A DNA stretch of 63,122 nucleotides, counting the filler, from Bigelowiella natans CCMP2755 (Eukaryota; Protista; Cercozoa): assembly GCA_000320545.1 (NCBI GenBank). It is 6 parts of 6 records of this genome, joined end to end, with 100 filler letters (N's around TTAATTAATTAA, not from the genome) between each part and the next. Parts side by side here need not be neighbours in the genome. Positions count along the whole stretch, not along the records: positions 8,968 to 14,748 come from ADNK01002409.1; positions 14,849 to 42,820 come from ADNK01001479.1; 4 more parts are not named here. One strand, written 5' to 3'. Under the pieces are notes generated by a model. It searched no databases and was not told the origin of the DNA. It saw only the letters and a program-made list of their open reading frames with translations. Shown here one piece after another: positions 13,061 to 23,765 of the stretch (positions within the stretch are counted from its first letter, which is position 1; each line of letters opens with the position of its first letter). A program made the translations under genes and the position numbers.

Positions 13061-14610
13061 GAGAGAGATTATTGTTTTTTATTCTGAATGAATATAAATC
13101 AACGCACCAGACTCGAGATATACGATTGTCCTCTTCAAGCAATCTATTGGCCAAAGAGTTGAATAATACGATGCCGACACATACATATTGCGCGACTGTA
13201 GTGGGGCTATACAGCTTCTACATTATCTACATATGCGTATATACACAAACTCGGCATTGCTTTGCTGCTTTGTGCAGTTTTTGCGAGAGAACTACAAAGA
13301 AATCGCCTCGCCGGACAACATAAGCCCGACGCCAAGAAACAATACGCATGTACACTATCTTAGCATATTCTCAGCTGCCGTGCTACCTGTCTATTAGCTC
13401 TGAAGCAGCTTCGAATTCCCTGAGAAATCAGGACGTTCATTGGATTATCGTCACCCCAACGAGAGGTCATCGACATTAATGATTTTGCCATACAAAATAG
13501 GCGTGTGGGGGTTGGGGGGGGGGAGAAAGAGAGAGAGAGTGAGGCGTTTTGTTTTTGCGCTACTTACTTACCCCATTTCTATGCAGAGCTCTGTGACACT
13601 TAATCTATCAAAGTGGATATAATATATATATTATATGTTACATATATATTATATGTACTTTGATATTTCGTTATAATGAATAATTGTATTATATCCCTGA
13701 GCCTATGCTCAGTACACGTATATCGCGAGAAGATGATACATCTTTGAACTACAAGTAGTATTCTCTCCCATACACCAACTACTACCTGAAATTGTAAGTG
13801 TGCTCGTATCCTCCCTCGTCCCTGCTGCTACCGCTATGGCTCTAAGGTAAAGGCGGCGGGGGGGATATGAAATAATCGAGGTTTAACGGCGATAAAATAC
13901 CGGATCAATAACGAAGGAGAACGGAAACGTGCTGACTAAGGCAACTATATGGCGCTTGGTGTAAGGGAGGGGAAGGGGAGAATCTCAAGCTGTTCACGAT
14001 ATAGCTCCGAGATAAAACGACCCAAAAGTCAAACTGCGCGCCACGAAGACAAAAAAAGGCCGTCGGCTACCTCGGCGGCTTGTTTTTTTATTATTTCAAA
14101 GGATTTCCCTAAATGCCCCTTAGCCTCTGCTTTTCTTCCCTGAATAAATCTTTGGCGAGGAAGAGGCAGAAGAGAATTACACGCATTTTAGCTCTCGCGA
14201 ACGTTTGAACGTATTGCGAAAGGGGTGGGAGAGGGGAGGGGAGGGGGGGGGGGGGGGAGTAACGAGGTATCAAACGCTACTAACAGGAAAGTGTAGACTT
14301 CATGACAAAAGCCTTAGATCTCAGTGCACACAGACTACCTCAAATTAGCCGCCCCATAATGCGCCTCTGCCGACTCTTCGCTCGCTTTGAAAGCACACTT
14401 CAACGCCTAAGCAACGCATTCCACAGGAGCCGAAAAATGAGGGGCACGCGTGGCGTCGTTTGGACGAGGAAGTGAGGAGCTTATAGCCAAAATGTGAGTT
14501 TTGTAGAGGGGGTTAGTAGTAGTTTGCGTCCGCACGTGAGGCCGGAGCTGGGCTATATTGATAATACCGACTCACACTCCTTCTCCGCGCCGTTTTCGTC
14601 GCTATCGATT
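12274..14610 (-). CDS. ACL4-like TPR protein (assembly chaperone of Rpl4), 3' exons; 5' part lost in the gap
   Basis: Short exons absent from the ORF track splice to DENGAEKECES / ALKCAFKASEESAEAHYGAANLR / GRKAEAKGHLGKSFEII / EFEAASELIDR / LLEEDNRISRVW / YFAALCSFKLDDVESAEQ / YLERTISFFKKNPSEEPELQ / ..MMEDD*. This resembles the Acl4 pattern DAEqqCE..AL..EA...A.lR and LLEEDD...WY. Stop TGA at 12274-12276. Confidence 0.65.
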
Positions 14611-15034
14611 GTAAATAAACCAAAAACCCAGCAAAATAGGTAGAGTCGTGAACATATCTATGATACTATATATATATATACATATATATATTATCTTACA
14701 TCTATTGCGCGCGCGTGTGTGTGTGTGTGTGAGTGATCATCATCTGCTNNNNNNNNNNNNNNNNNNNNNNNNNNNNNNNNNNNNNNNNNNNNTTAATTAA
14801 TTAANNNNNNNNNNNNNNNNNNNNNNNNNNNNNNNNNNNNNNNNNNNNCTACGAGGCGGACGACGAGGACGTGGCCGCCGAAAGCAAGAAGGTCGTAATG
14901 GCATTACGAGCCTTGCGACCCAGGGCGAGCAACTACGCCAAACTGAAAGTCTTTACGAGACAGGCAGGACCCGGATCAGGCAGCTAGAGAAAATACACAC
15001 TACAGTTAGTGGGCTACGAGACGTTGAGGCGATA

Positions 15035-18000
15035 ATGAAGGCTTTTGTAAATGAACAGGATGCTAACTCCCTACCCCAGGCTATTAGAAAATACAGAGCA
15101 ATGATGCAGCATGAGAGAGAACCTGTTAGAGACTTTGCCACGCGCTTCCAGGATATGATCGACGAACTACATGATTTTAATTACAACACAGGTGATGATC
15201 AGGCAAGGTTTGAAGAGTTCAAGTTAAAGATAAAGGAATCCACTTACGTTACGGAGAAAGGCTACACCACGATGGAGGCAGCAGTGCAGGCTATATCCCT
15301 ACGCGAGCAGGAGCAGGACCGCAAGTTTACCAGCCCTAAGGTACCTGGCATAGGAAACATTAACGCTATTAAGCCGCAGCGAGACTGGTACAAGGACAGG
15401 GAAGGTAACCGACGTTGCGGATACTGCTCACGTAAAGGGAAACACACCGCTAAAGACTGCAGAGACAGGAAAGAAGGACGACCCAGGATGACGATCAGGC
15501 AGCTCAACGAACACTACGAGAAGTTAAAGAGAAAGAAAGGCAGAGGACAAGGATATAACAACAGCAAATGGCAAGGCAGCAACAACGGGAAGAACAATAA
15601 ATATAAGAACAAAAAGCAGAACAGTATCAATGCTATACAGCAGCAGATAAACGGAATATTAGATCACCTTAAGCAGGCGCCGACGAAGACAGCAGTACCA
15701 GCAACGCAGGACCAAGACAAGCCCATGACCCTAGACGACATAAAGAACTTAGGAGTATGCAACATTAATGACGAAGACGCTAACAGGACTATCAAAGTTG
15801 CTATGACCAAGGTTAAAGTTAAAGACAGCTACGGAGACTACAAGAAACTACCTGCCCTTTGGGATAGTGGCAGCATGCCGAAGTCCTTCATAAGCCTAAG
15901 CACAGTAAGAAGGTTAGGACTATTGGATCAAGTGACTAAGAAAGAACGTAAATATGCTCAAGCAGACGGAAGCTCTTCCATGAAGACCGTCGGTGAGCTA
16001 ATGCTAAAGCTACAGATACCTGGCAGCGACGCGGAGACCCAAATCAAGACCCGAGTAGCCATGACTTTATCCATGGAACTACTCCTCGGACAGGATGCCC
16101 TAGAAAAATTAGGGGGGATCATATCATTCTACAATCACAAGATATACTTTGCTAAGTTGCCAAAGAAGTCAGGCAGGACCATCAGCCAGAACATGATACG
16201 GCTTGACGAGTGGACCTCTGAGTCAAGCGTTAATGCGTTAGAGTTTATGGACCTAGCGGACAACAAGCTACCTACACCTACCGAGCTACGGAAGAAGAAC
16301 CCCGGCAAGACCATCCGACAGATAACGGAGCTACTGGACAAGACCCCCCCAGCTGATGATTGGGATATCGACAAAGGCAAAAAGTACATTAATAAAATAT
16401 TAAACGAGAAGTACTCTGACATCACCAAGCCGACGACGAAGCCCTCCAGCAAGCTTACCCCAGTAAAGATCGAGCTAAAGAAGGGATACGAAGAGTGCAT
16501 CATCAATGACCCAGAACATAGGCGACCGGAAGCGGACTGGGAAAAGATAGAGTGGCAGATCAATGAATGGGCAAAGGAAGGGAAGATAGAGCCAAGCAAC
16601 TCACCATGGAACGTGAGACATGTGCTAGCTAAGAAACCTACTTACCCTTTCTTCCGCCTGGCGCACAACTTCATCCGCCACAACCGAGTAATAAAGAGGA
16701 TCCAGACACCTACACCAAGGATAGATGACGTTATTGAACACGTCATAGGATACAAATACTACTCTTCCCTAGATAAAAATGAATCATACATGCAGACACC
16801 CATCCACAAAACCTCCCGCCCCATTACCGCGTTCTCCAGCAGGCACAGGAAGTGGCACTTCGTCGTATTCCCTTACGGCCTAAGCATATCAGGGGATGCG
16901 TTCAGTAGTCAGAACTACAGGGCATACACACATGATGGGATGGCGTCTGTGTTGTGGGTGTTTGTGTTTGTGTATGTGGATGATGACATAATATGTACCA
17001 ACACAGTCGTCGCTCAGATCTTCCTCCTGGAAAATATATTTATTAGGTTTGCACACTTCGGTTTTACTATTAGACTGCAGAAGTGTACATTCCTAGCTAC
17101 AAGAATCAAGTGGTGTGGATATTACCTGGAGCAAGGCCGCATCACCCCAAACCCCGAGAAAGTAGCAGCACTACAGCAAGCCCCTAAACCTAAGAATGCA
17201 AAGGAGTTAAAGTCATTCTTGCAGACTGCAGCTTGGATACTACGTAGGTTCTCCCCTACCTACGCTAGGACTGCAGCTGCTTTTACTACTGCTTACCGGA
17301 AGGAGAACTCTGTAGGCCTCAGCTTCGCTAAGGTGTGGGCCAAGGCTGGCCTTGATGCCCACTTCGATAACCTAATAAAGTTATGCAGCAACACCCTATT
17401 GAATGCTAAGCTAGACACTACTAGACCAGCTACCCTATGGACAGACTGGTCTAAGCTAGGTATGGCTGCTGTACTTACCCAAGACCAGCAGATCATACGG
17501 GTGTGGGGCAGGGCCTGCACAGCAGCTGAGGCCAAGTACAGCCCTACAAAAGGAGAGTATAAAGCCATGACTGAGGCGCAGAGGAAACTAAGATACTACC
17601 TGCTGTCGGTGCCCAGCTTCACCTTAATGACTGACCACAAGCCCCTCCTAGGCATCGACCGCAAGCTCGAAGCGCCTAACGATGAGTATGCAGCTATGAG
17701 GGCGGACACGGAAGAGTTTAGGGACAAGAGGACAGTGGTCTACGCACCAGGAGACAAGCAGCTTGCTGACTATTTCAGCAGGCTGTTCGAAAAGAAAGTC
17801 CCTACCCAGGTCACCCCTATGGTTAACGCGATTACCTTCGAGGACGGCGACTTCCTGCCTGAGCCAGAGGAGCTCCAGCACCTTCAAGAACACCTGGATA
17901 AATACAAACACAAGCATGAGGTACTTAGTGATAGGATATATGTATACACTAATAATGTTAGGCGTACCTACGTGCCACGGCGGACCAGGGGAGCCCTTCT

Positions 18001-19282
18001 CTTTACCGCCCATGGACCTGCACACGTAGGAGAAAACCATATCACTGCTCTACTCTACCATTACTACTGGCCCTACAAGCTAAAAGAGATAAGGACATAC
18101 CTGCGTGGCTGCAGGTGCTCCAGCTTGAAGGCGGCAGGCGTCGCCACCAAGGAGTCCAGCAAGAGCCGTGCATCTAAGAAAATCAAAGCAAGGAACTTCT
18201 TAGATATCGTGCAAATTGATGTTTATAAGTACGATGGCTATCACTACCTTACCTTCGTTGATGTGGCCACTGGAAAGTGCTGGGTTAAAAAGATTATCAA
18301 GGTCAACGTTGCTAAGAAGAACAAAGGCTTATATAAGCAGAGGCTTACTAACTGCTACCGTACCTGGGAGTCTGAGCTCCAGGCTATCCCTGATGAAGTT
18401 AGCATAAACAAGATACCAAAGAAGTTACATGTGGATAATGAGACCTCTCTTCTACAGCTACCACACCCTAATATTGATGCCTCACCTGTATACTATGCCC
18501 AGTCCAACTCCAAGGTAGAGCGACTCCACCGCACCTTGGCCAACCTAAGCAGGATAAATAGCACCACACCAGACAAGATACAAGGGTTAGTAAACGACAC
18601 CTTCACGTCTGGGGGAGGTATCAAGGATAAGGAGAGGGAAGAAGGCGACGACAACGACGACGATACCGAGAGCGAAGACGAGAAGGTCCCGTACGATGGC
18701 CGAGTTCTAAAGGAAGGACAGTATGTTAGGGCCAAGGTAAATCTGAGATCGAGAAATAAACAAGACCCCTTCTGGGGTGGCGTTGCAAAGGTTACCGAGA
18801 GGAAGGGGAGGAAGCAGTACTACATCTATGATGGGAACAGGGTCACCTTGCGCCACATCAGTCACCTAAAGAATTATGATATCGGTGAGAAGCTCCTAGA
18901 GGATGTTAAAGTAAACCCTACTGTGTGGGAGCGAGCAATGCCTTGTTTAGGACCCCGACCTAAGTTCGATGTGGAATATGGAAACAATAAGGTCAGGGTG
19001 AACGACGATTGGCGCATGAAGATTGTCTATCTAGGCTACCCTGGATTACGAAATATGGAGAGGGTAGCTATGAAAATAAAGGACGGAAAATATCAGCTAC
19101 TCTACCTAGCTGTTCCCGACTTACCCTTTGAGCACTGGTATAAGGTCCTGGGGGACCTTGATGCAGAGGGCTGGTATGGACACGAACCTAAGGACGAAGG
19201 TGAGTTCTGGGTAAGCGACAAAGGAGATAAGGTTAGAGAGGAATCTATTACCTGGTGGTTGGTGAAGTTCCGAAAGCGATGA
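15035..19282 (+). CDS. Gag-Pol polyprotein in a single ORF (frame open back to the gap at 14849)
   Basis: Zinc knuckle CGYCSRKGKHTAKDC; protease ALWDSGS...LLLGQD; RT SPWN, SSLD, PYGL, YVDD; RNase H WTDWS, YSPTKGE, TDHKPL, ADYFSR; integrase HGPAH..YYWP..CRC, QID, VDN, SNSKVER; GPY/F-like module (DPFWGG...HISHLKNY); extra ~135-aa C-terminal domain. Confidence 0.96.
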   Translation: MKAFVNEQDANSLPQAIRKYRAMMQHEREPVRDFATRFQDMIDELHDFNYNTGDDQARFEEFKLKIKESTYVTEKGYTTMEAAVQAISLREQEQDRKFTSPKVPGIGNINAIKPQRDWYKDREGNRRCGYCSRKGKHTAKDCRDRKEGRPRMTIRQLNEHYEKLKRKKGRGQGYNNSKWQGSNNGKNNKYKNKKQNSINAIQQQINGILDHLKQAPTKTAVPATQDQDKPMTLDDIKNLGVCNINDEDANRTIKVAMTKVKVKDSYGDYKKLPALWDSGSMPKSFISLSTVRRLGLLDQVTKKERKYAQADGSSSMKTVGELMLKLQIPGSDAETQIKTRVAMTLSMELLLGQDALEKLGGIISFYNHKIYFAKLPKKSGRTISQNMIRLDEWTSESSVNALEFMDLADNKLPTPTELRKKNPGKTIRQITELLDKTPPADDWDIDKGKKYINKILNEKYSDITKPTTKPSSKLTPVKIELKKGYEECIINDPEHRRPEADWEKIEWQINEWAKEGKIEPSNSPWNVRHVLAKKPTYPFFRLAHNFIRHNRVIKRIQTPTPRIDDVIEHVIGYKYYSSLDKNESYMQTPIHKTSRPITAFSSRHRKWHFVVFPYGLSISGDAFSSQNYRAYTHDGMASVLWVFVFVYVDDDIICTNTVVAQIFLLENIFIRFAHFGFTIRLQKCTFLATRIKWCGYYLEQGRITPNPEKVAALQQAPKPKNAKELKSFLQTAAWILRRFSPTYARTAAAFTTAYRKENSVGLSFAKVWAKAGLDAHFDNLIKLCSNTLLNAKLDTTRPATLWTDWSKLGMAAVLTQDQQIIRVWGRACTAAEAKYSPTKGEYKAMTEAQRKLRYYLLSVPSFTLMTDHKPLLGIDRKLEAPNDEYAAMRADTEEFRDKRTVVYAPGDKQLADYFSRLFEKKVPTQVTPMVNAITFEDGDFLPEPEELQHLQEHLDKYKHKHEVLSDRIYVYTNNVRRTYVPRRTRGALLFTAHGPAHVGENHITALLYHYYWPYKLKEIRTYLRGCRCSSLKAAGVATKESSKSRASKKIKARNFLDIVQIDVYKYDGYHYLTFVDVATGKCWVKKIIKVNVAKKNKGLYKQRLTNCYRTWESELQAIPDEVSINKIPKKLHVDNETSLLQLPHPNIDASPVYYAQSNSKVERLHRTLANLSRINSTTPDKIQGLVNDTFTSGGGIKDKEREEGDDNDDDTESEDEKVPYDGRVLKEGQYVRAKVNLRSRNKQDPFWGGVAKVTERKGRKQYYIYDGNRVTLRHISHLKNYDIGEKLLEDVKVNPTVWERAMPCLGPRPKFDVEYGNNKVRVNDDWRMKIVYLGYPGLRNMERVAMKIKDGKYQLLYLAVPDLPFEHWYKVLGDLDAEGWYGHEPKDEGEFWVSDKGDKVREESITWWLVKFRKR

Positions 19283-19333
19283 AGGTCTAAGGGAATAAGG
19301 AAGGAAGGAAGGAGCAACGTGACTTGGGGGAGG

Positions 19334-19659
19334 TGTAGCGCGTACCACTACGCGGGCACAAGTCACGTGCGACAACAAAGGGGTTGTCGCGGATATAGAA
19401 TATAGATAACGTAGATATTAATACAGCATAGGCACGTGGGTTCCGGCGGGACTCATGGCAGCACACCGGAAGTGTGCTGCCCCACGTGCGGCGGCATTCG
19501 CGAAAGCTTCGCGAATGATTACGCAGTGCACGATTTAATAAAAATATAATCTTTAATAAAAATAAACACAACTCTTCAAAAGGAAGCAAACGTGCCTTTC
19601 CCCCCCCCTGCCTACTTGTGCACGTAGCGCCTCGGCCTGTGAACACCTTACGCGCAACA
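19334..19659 (+). repeat. 3' LTR of copy 2 (326 bp)
   Basis: TGTAGCGCGTA...TACGCGCAACA, identical to 9648-9973. The downstream flank differs from copy 1 (GCCCG vs TCGAC). Confidence 0.93.
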
Positions 19660-20197
19660 GCCCGATCTCAACCATCTTGACTTGTGTTCTGCCGTGCCCA
19701 TCCTTGTGCCAGCAGGCACGTCCAGACGTGGGCACGTGAATTTCTGGATCGCAGCATCCAAAGAAAAACAAAACATGAATGTGGACTGAGGTCTGTTGTG
19801 ACGTTGATGAAACGAGACGCACAAAATGCACCTCACGTGTTGGGGTCAGGAGCGAGGAAGCAGCAAATTGCATCAAAACAATGTTTTTCCCAGCACTTCA
19901 TTTTCCAGCAAACATGAGCGGTAATTCCGCCATTTCAGTGAAAACGGCATGCATTGTCGCTTTGAAGTTCTGTTTCAGTCAACACTAAAATTACCTTCAC
20001 TCAAAGCCTCATGTTCGTAAGTAGCGGACGCACACATGACATTTGATCCAAGAAGAAATGCCAGATTCCTGAACACGGCGACCAACAACTTCAGTTGACG
20101 CACGATGAAAATCTAGGGCGTCGTTGTTATTAGAGGAAAAAAATAAGTTTTTGGAAACAATTGCGCAAGCTTCCAGGCAGCTGCCTGCACATTTTCC

Positions 20198-23100
20198 ATG
20201 CACACAAGCTCATCAATTCAACGCGAAGGTAGGCAGGCCAGGGGACTTCGAGAGGCCAAAAAATGCGTCCAATTGAAAAGAACGGAGGTGGTACCCACTA
20301 TAAAGTGTGTCAACCAGAAAGGTTACATAACAAGCAAAAGCTATTCAAAATTTGGCCGCTCGGTTACATTTTCTCGAGGAGAAGAGAAGAGCCGGATAGG
20401 CATGCACGATCACTCGGCGCATGTTATTCAATATCGAGATAACAAGAACAATTTACTTACAAGCCAGCCTACTCAGAAAAATGGCGTTTCTTATAGCGGC
20501 TTGCACCTCGTACAAATGGACAGAATGCTTACATTTGTGAACCCAGCCATTGAAAATGACTTCCAGAATTTCAAGTCGACATCTTTTCACAAGTATTTGT
20601 ATTTTAAAAACCATTTGAAAATGTTAGCCATCTCTGATACCTGATGAATTTCAACATTTCAACTGATTAGGCATTTCCTTTTCATGCTTTTGGTCATACT
20701 GTTTCTCATTCTCTTCGACGCAATCCAGCGGGTGTCTTCCAATGGGTCAGAACCTTTTTAATGTATTATTTATAAAATTTAATTATGAACAACAAATACT
20801 AGAATCAAAGGCTACTTTCAGAACACAGATATAGTGATTTGGGCTGTCCTAACTATTATTTTGGCACTACTTCTGTGTCTGCTTCCTCGTATACTCAAAA
20901 CTCTTGGTCGCATTTGTAGTTGCGTGCGTCATATTCGAATTCAATTTATACAATGCCTAGCTCTCTCCGTTATCTTCGCTTTGAGCGCTGTCGCAGCTAG
21001 TGAAACCCATACCAGTAACTTAAATGAAGAGCAGCTCATGCAGGATCGAAATATGATCCTTCAGCTTTGGTTCAGCAGCACCCTTATGTAATTAATTCTT
21101 TACACTAAAATTGGGAATACTTATATTATGAAATTAAACAGGTGGGGCTATGCTTATCTGATGGATATAAAGTACCTATTCTTTATAATGCCGACTTGGT
21201 TTACATTTACGTTAACAACAGTGTTACGAATTCACCTGGAAAATCCTTTTTGTATAACGGTCTTCATGCGACTCTGCATGTTTCTTGTTGGAATGGGAGC
21301 AGCTATCTACATGAATATGACAACAGAAGAGAATAGAAGGTGAGAAGAAACTATATCCTTGTCGTTCTGCCTGAAAATTAATGTAAACTTAGGGAAGGAT
21401 ATGCTGCGAAAAAAATTCGAGATATTGAGAGTGACCGCAAAATGAAAGCTCGGAAAGAAATATTTAAGTACAGGAACGAATATTTGAAAATTAGAAGGGA
21501 GACGAAGGTCGTTCACAGTTGCTTCTACTCTCATAACTTACTGATTTCACCTTTTAAATTCGCAGAATAAGGCTATGTTCATCAATGAATCTGAACTAAA
21601 CCTTGGGATGAAACTTGGAGAAGGGCATTTTGGAGTTGCGTTCGAAGCAATGTTTAGGGAAAAAAAAGTTGTTGTGAAGATTTCAAAGGTGTAACCAAAA
21701 TAATAACTAAGAGAATGTAGTTCTAAAGATACTAAAGATGGACTATATTTGTAGATTGAGGGTGAAATACACGATATGCGGTCCATAGTCTCGATGATTG
21801 GAATGCGTCCTCATTGCAATGTGCTCCATTTAATTGGAGTTTCTCGGGTATTTGCTACATTAATGATTTAACTAACAAGGCTAATGAACCCTCTTCCAGA
21901 TTCGAGATCAGTTTGCAACAATATCTCCATTTTGCAGTCGTGGGAGTTTAGATAAACTGCATTATGTCTATGATTTGGCTGAACCCTCTCGCTTAAAAGG
22001 TTTTGAATCTATAGATATTAGATTTCCATCCCTACCAATCAAAAGATTAAATCTTGTACTAATACACTGCAGATTTCTTATTGAATACTCGACATATCGC
22101 CGACCAAATATATTTTGTCAATAGGGATAGCTTTGGATTTATTCACTGGACTGGCTCATCTCCATGAAAATAACATTGTAATAGTGTTATTTAACAGCGA
22201 TATATTCATCGCGTCATTATTACTAACCCGCTTTGTTAGGTACATCGGGATATTGCATGTCGCAATGTCTTCATGGATAAAGAAGGTCGTATTGTGATCG
22301 GAGATTGGGGCCTTGCTCGACGTATGCAGGTTCTAAACCACATCATATAATTTTGAAAGAACTTACAGAGTTAACTATGTTAGGAACACCAAACGTTTAT
22401 GACAAGCGGAAATGGTATGGAATCGCTGAGTGAAACCTCTATCTCATGGCCATGGAGTGCCCCAGAGTCTCTCTCCATAGGTATTTGCATTAATGCATAG
22501 TTACATTAGCTAAATGATATATTACGTTATCCTCCTCTATCACAGGACATTTCAGTCCAAAGTCTGATATCTGGATGGCCGGTGTAACTTTATGGGAGAT
22601 AACTACAAAGGGAGAAGCCCCGTAAGAGTACACTGTACGTGTAAGGAAAATATTTAAAAGAAAATACTCGATAGATACGGATGGAATCGACTAACCCACT
22701 TGGAGCGGCAGCAAATTGCTGCGGCAGTAATGGAGGGAACGCTCTTGCTCCAGCCACCTCCTGAAAAAAATATAGATCCGATTATCACGAGTGTTATGGA
22801 CTATTGCTTCGAATATAAGTACTCCCAAAGGCCATCAGCTGGCAAGGTATATCATATCTTTCATCTAGGATCTACTTGTGAGATGAACATATAAATTTGC
22901 AGATGATCCAGATAATTAAGAAAAAGAAAAAAAAACAATCTCACTCTCTGTCTAATTCACGAATGGAGGAGGCTTCAGAACCAAGGCGGACAACAGAAGC
23001 TTCGACTTCGTTTACTAGACGAAGTGACGTAAAATTACCAAATGAAGTAAGTACAACATGAAATTCTTGTTCTTCGACATGTAAATACTTTATTGAAATA

Positions 23101-23765
23101 AATCTTAGAGCACCCAAAACTTTGAACGACAAAAAGATACCCCAGATCTTGATGACTCGGTTTCAAAGTAAAGAAGAAATAATTAAAATCGAATTTAGTG
23201 CACGAATCATCTATAAATTATGCACTCGATATATATCAATATGTTATTAAGTGTTAATCAATATTTTGGGTAGGATTTCTCGAACACCTTTGAACTTTTC
23301 AGAGCTCTCACAATCTATTGCAAGCAATTATCCATATAGAAGAAATGATTCGGTTAACCAAGTATATACAAATGTACCATCGAAGATATTTTGATACAAA
23401 TAAATCTTGCACAGAAACAAATTTTGACTGTTATCGAACCCGCTGCTTCAACGGCATCAGAATTCGAAAGTGGTTCGAAATTAATAAAGGACACGCCGAA
23501 AGTTCTATCATCATCACCTAGTGGAAGCTTTAAAAAAAGAGTTATTCCTCCGACCGGCGACCTACCAAAACCATTCAGCCATCCTACAACTGATCCAACA
23601 GATATGAATGATACACTACGGAGTCGCATTATGTTTGGAAAAAAAATTCTCCCTAAAACCGGACAGTCACCGAATGGGGTGATGGACGCCAATATTGGCC
23701 AGAACGATTCTGAGCGTTCTGAGCGTGGCAGTATTCAATTTAGAAGTGCGTCTCAACATGCATAG
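20198..23765 (+). CDS. Multi-pass membrane protein with a tyrosine-kinase-like (TK/TKL) domain, multi-exon
   Basis: Several hydrophobic helices in exons 20670-21340. Kinase exons follow: LGEGHFGVAF..VVVKISK, HCNVLHLIGV, VHRDIACRNVFM..IGDWGLAR, WSAPESL, SPKSDIWMAGVTLWEITTKGEAPY, CFEYKYSQRPSA. Ser/Pro-rich tail to TAG 23765. Confidence 0.85.

Larger units (their letters stand above)
14849..19659 (+). mobile_element. Ty3/gypsy (Metaviridae) LTR retrotransposon copy 2, near complete; 5' LTR and gag start lie in the gap
   Basis: Domain order gag-PR-RT-RNaseH-IN, then PPT GGGGGAGG (19326-19333) and a 326-bp LTR. Confidence 0.96.

Noticed and set aside
14849-14990. Possible frameshift in gag: an alternative frame reads YEADDEDVAAESKKVVMALRALRPRASNYAKLK, which looks gag-like
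   Set aside because: It lies at a contig edge next to a short A run, so a one-base sequencing error is as likely as biology. The main frame is also open. Cannot be resolved without reads.
19287-19646. Antisense or env-like ORF over the element's 3' end (also 9601-9987)
   Set aside because: It lies mostly within the LTR, begins at different points in the two copies, and has no recognisable domain.
9648-19659. One large LTR element bounded by the two identical LTRs and carrying captured host genes (zinc finger, ACL4-like)
   Set aside because: Both LTRs are preceded by the same pol 3' end and PPT, so both are 3' LTRs. No primer-binding site is evident after the first, and the intervening ACL4-like gene has introns.
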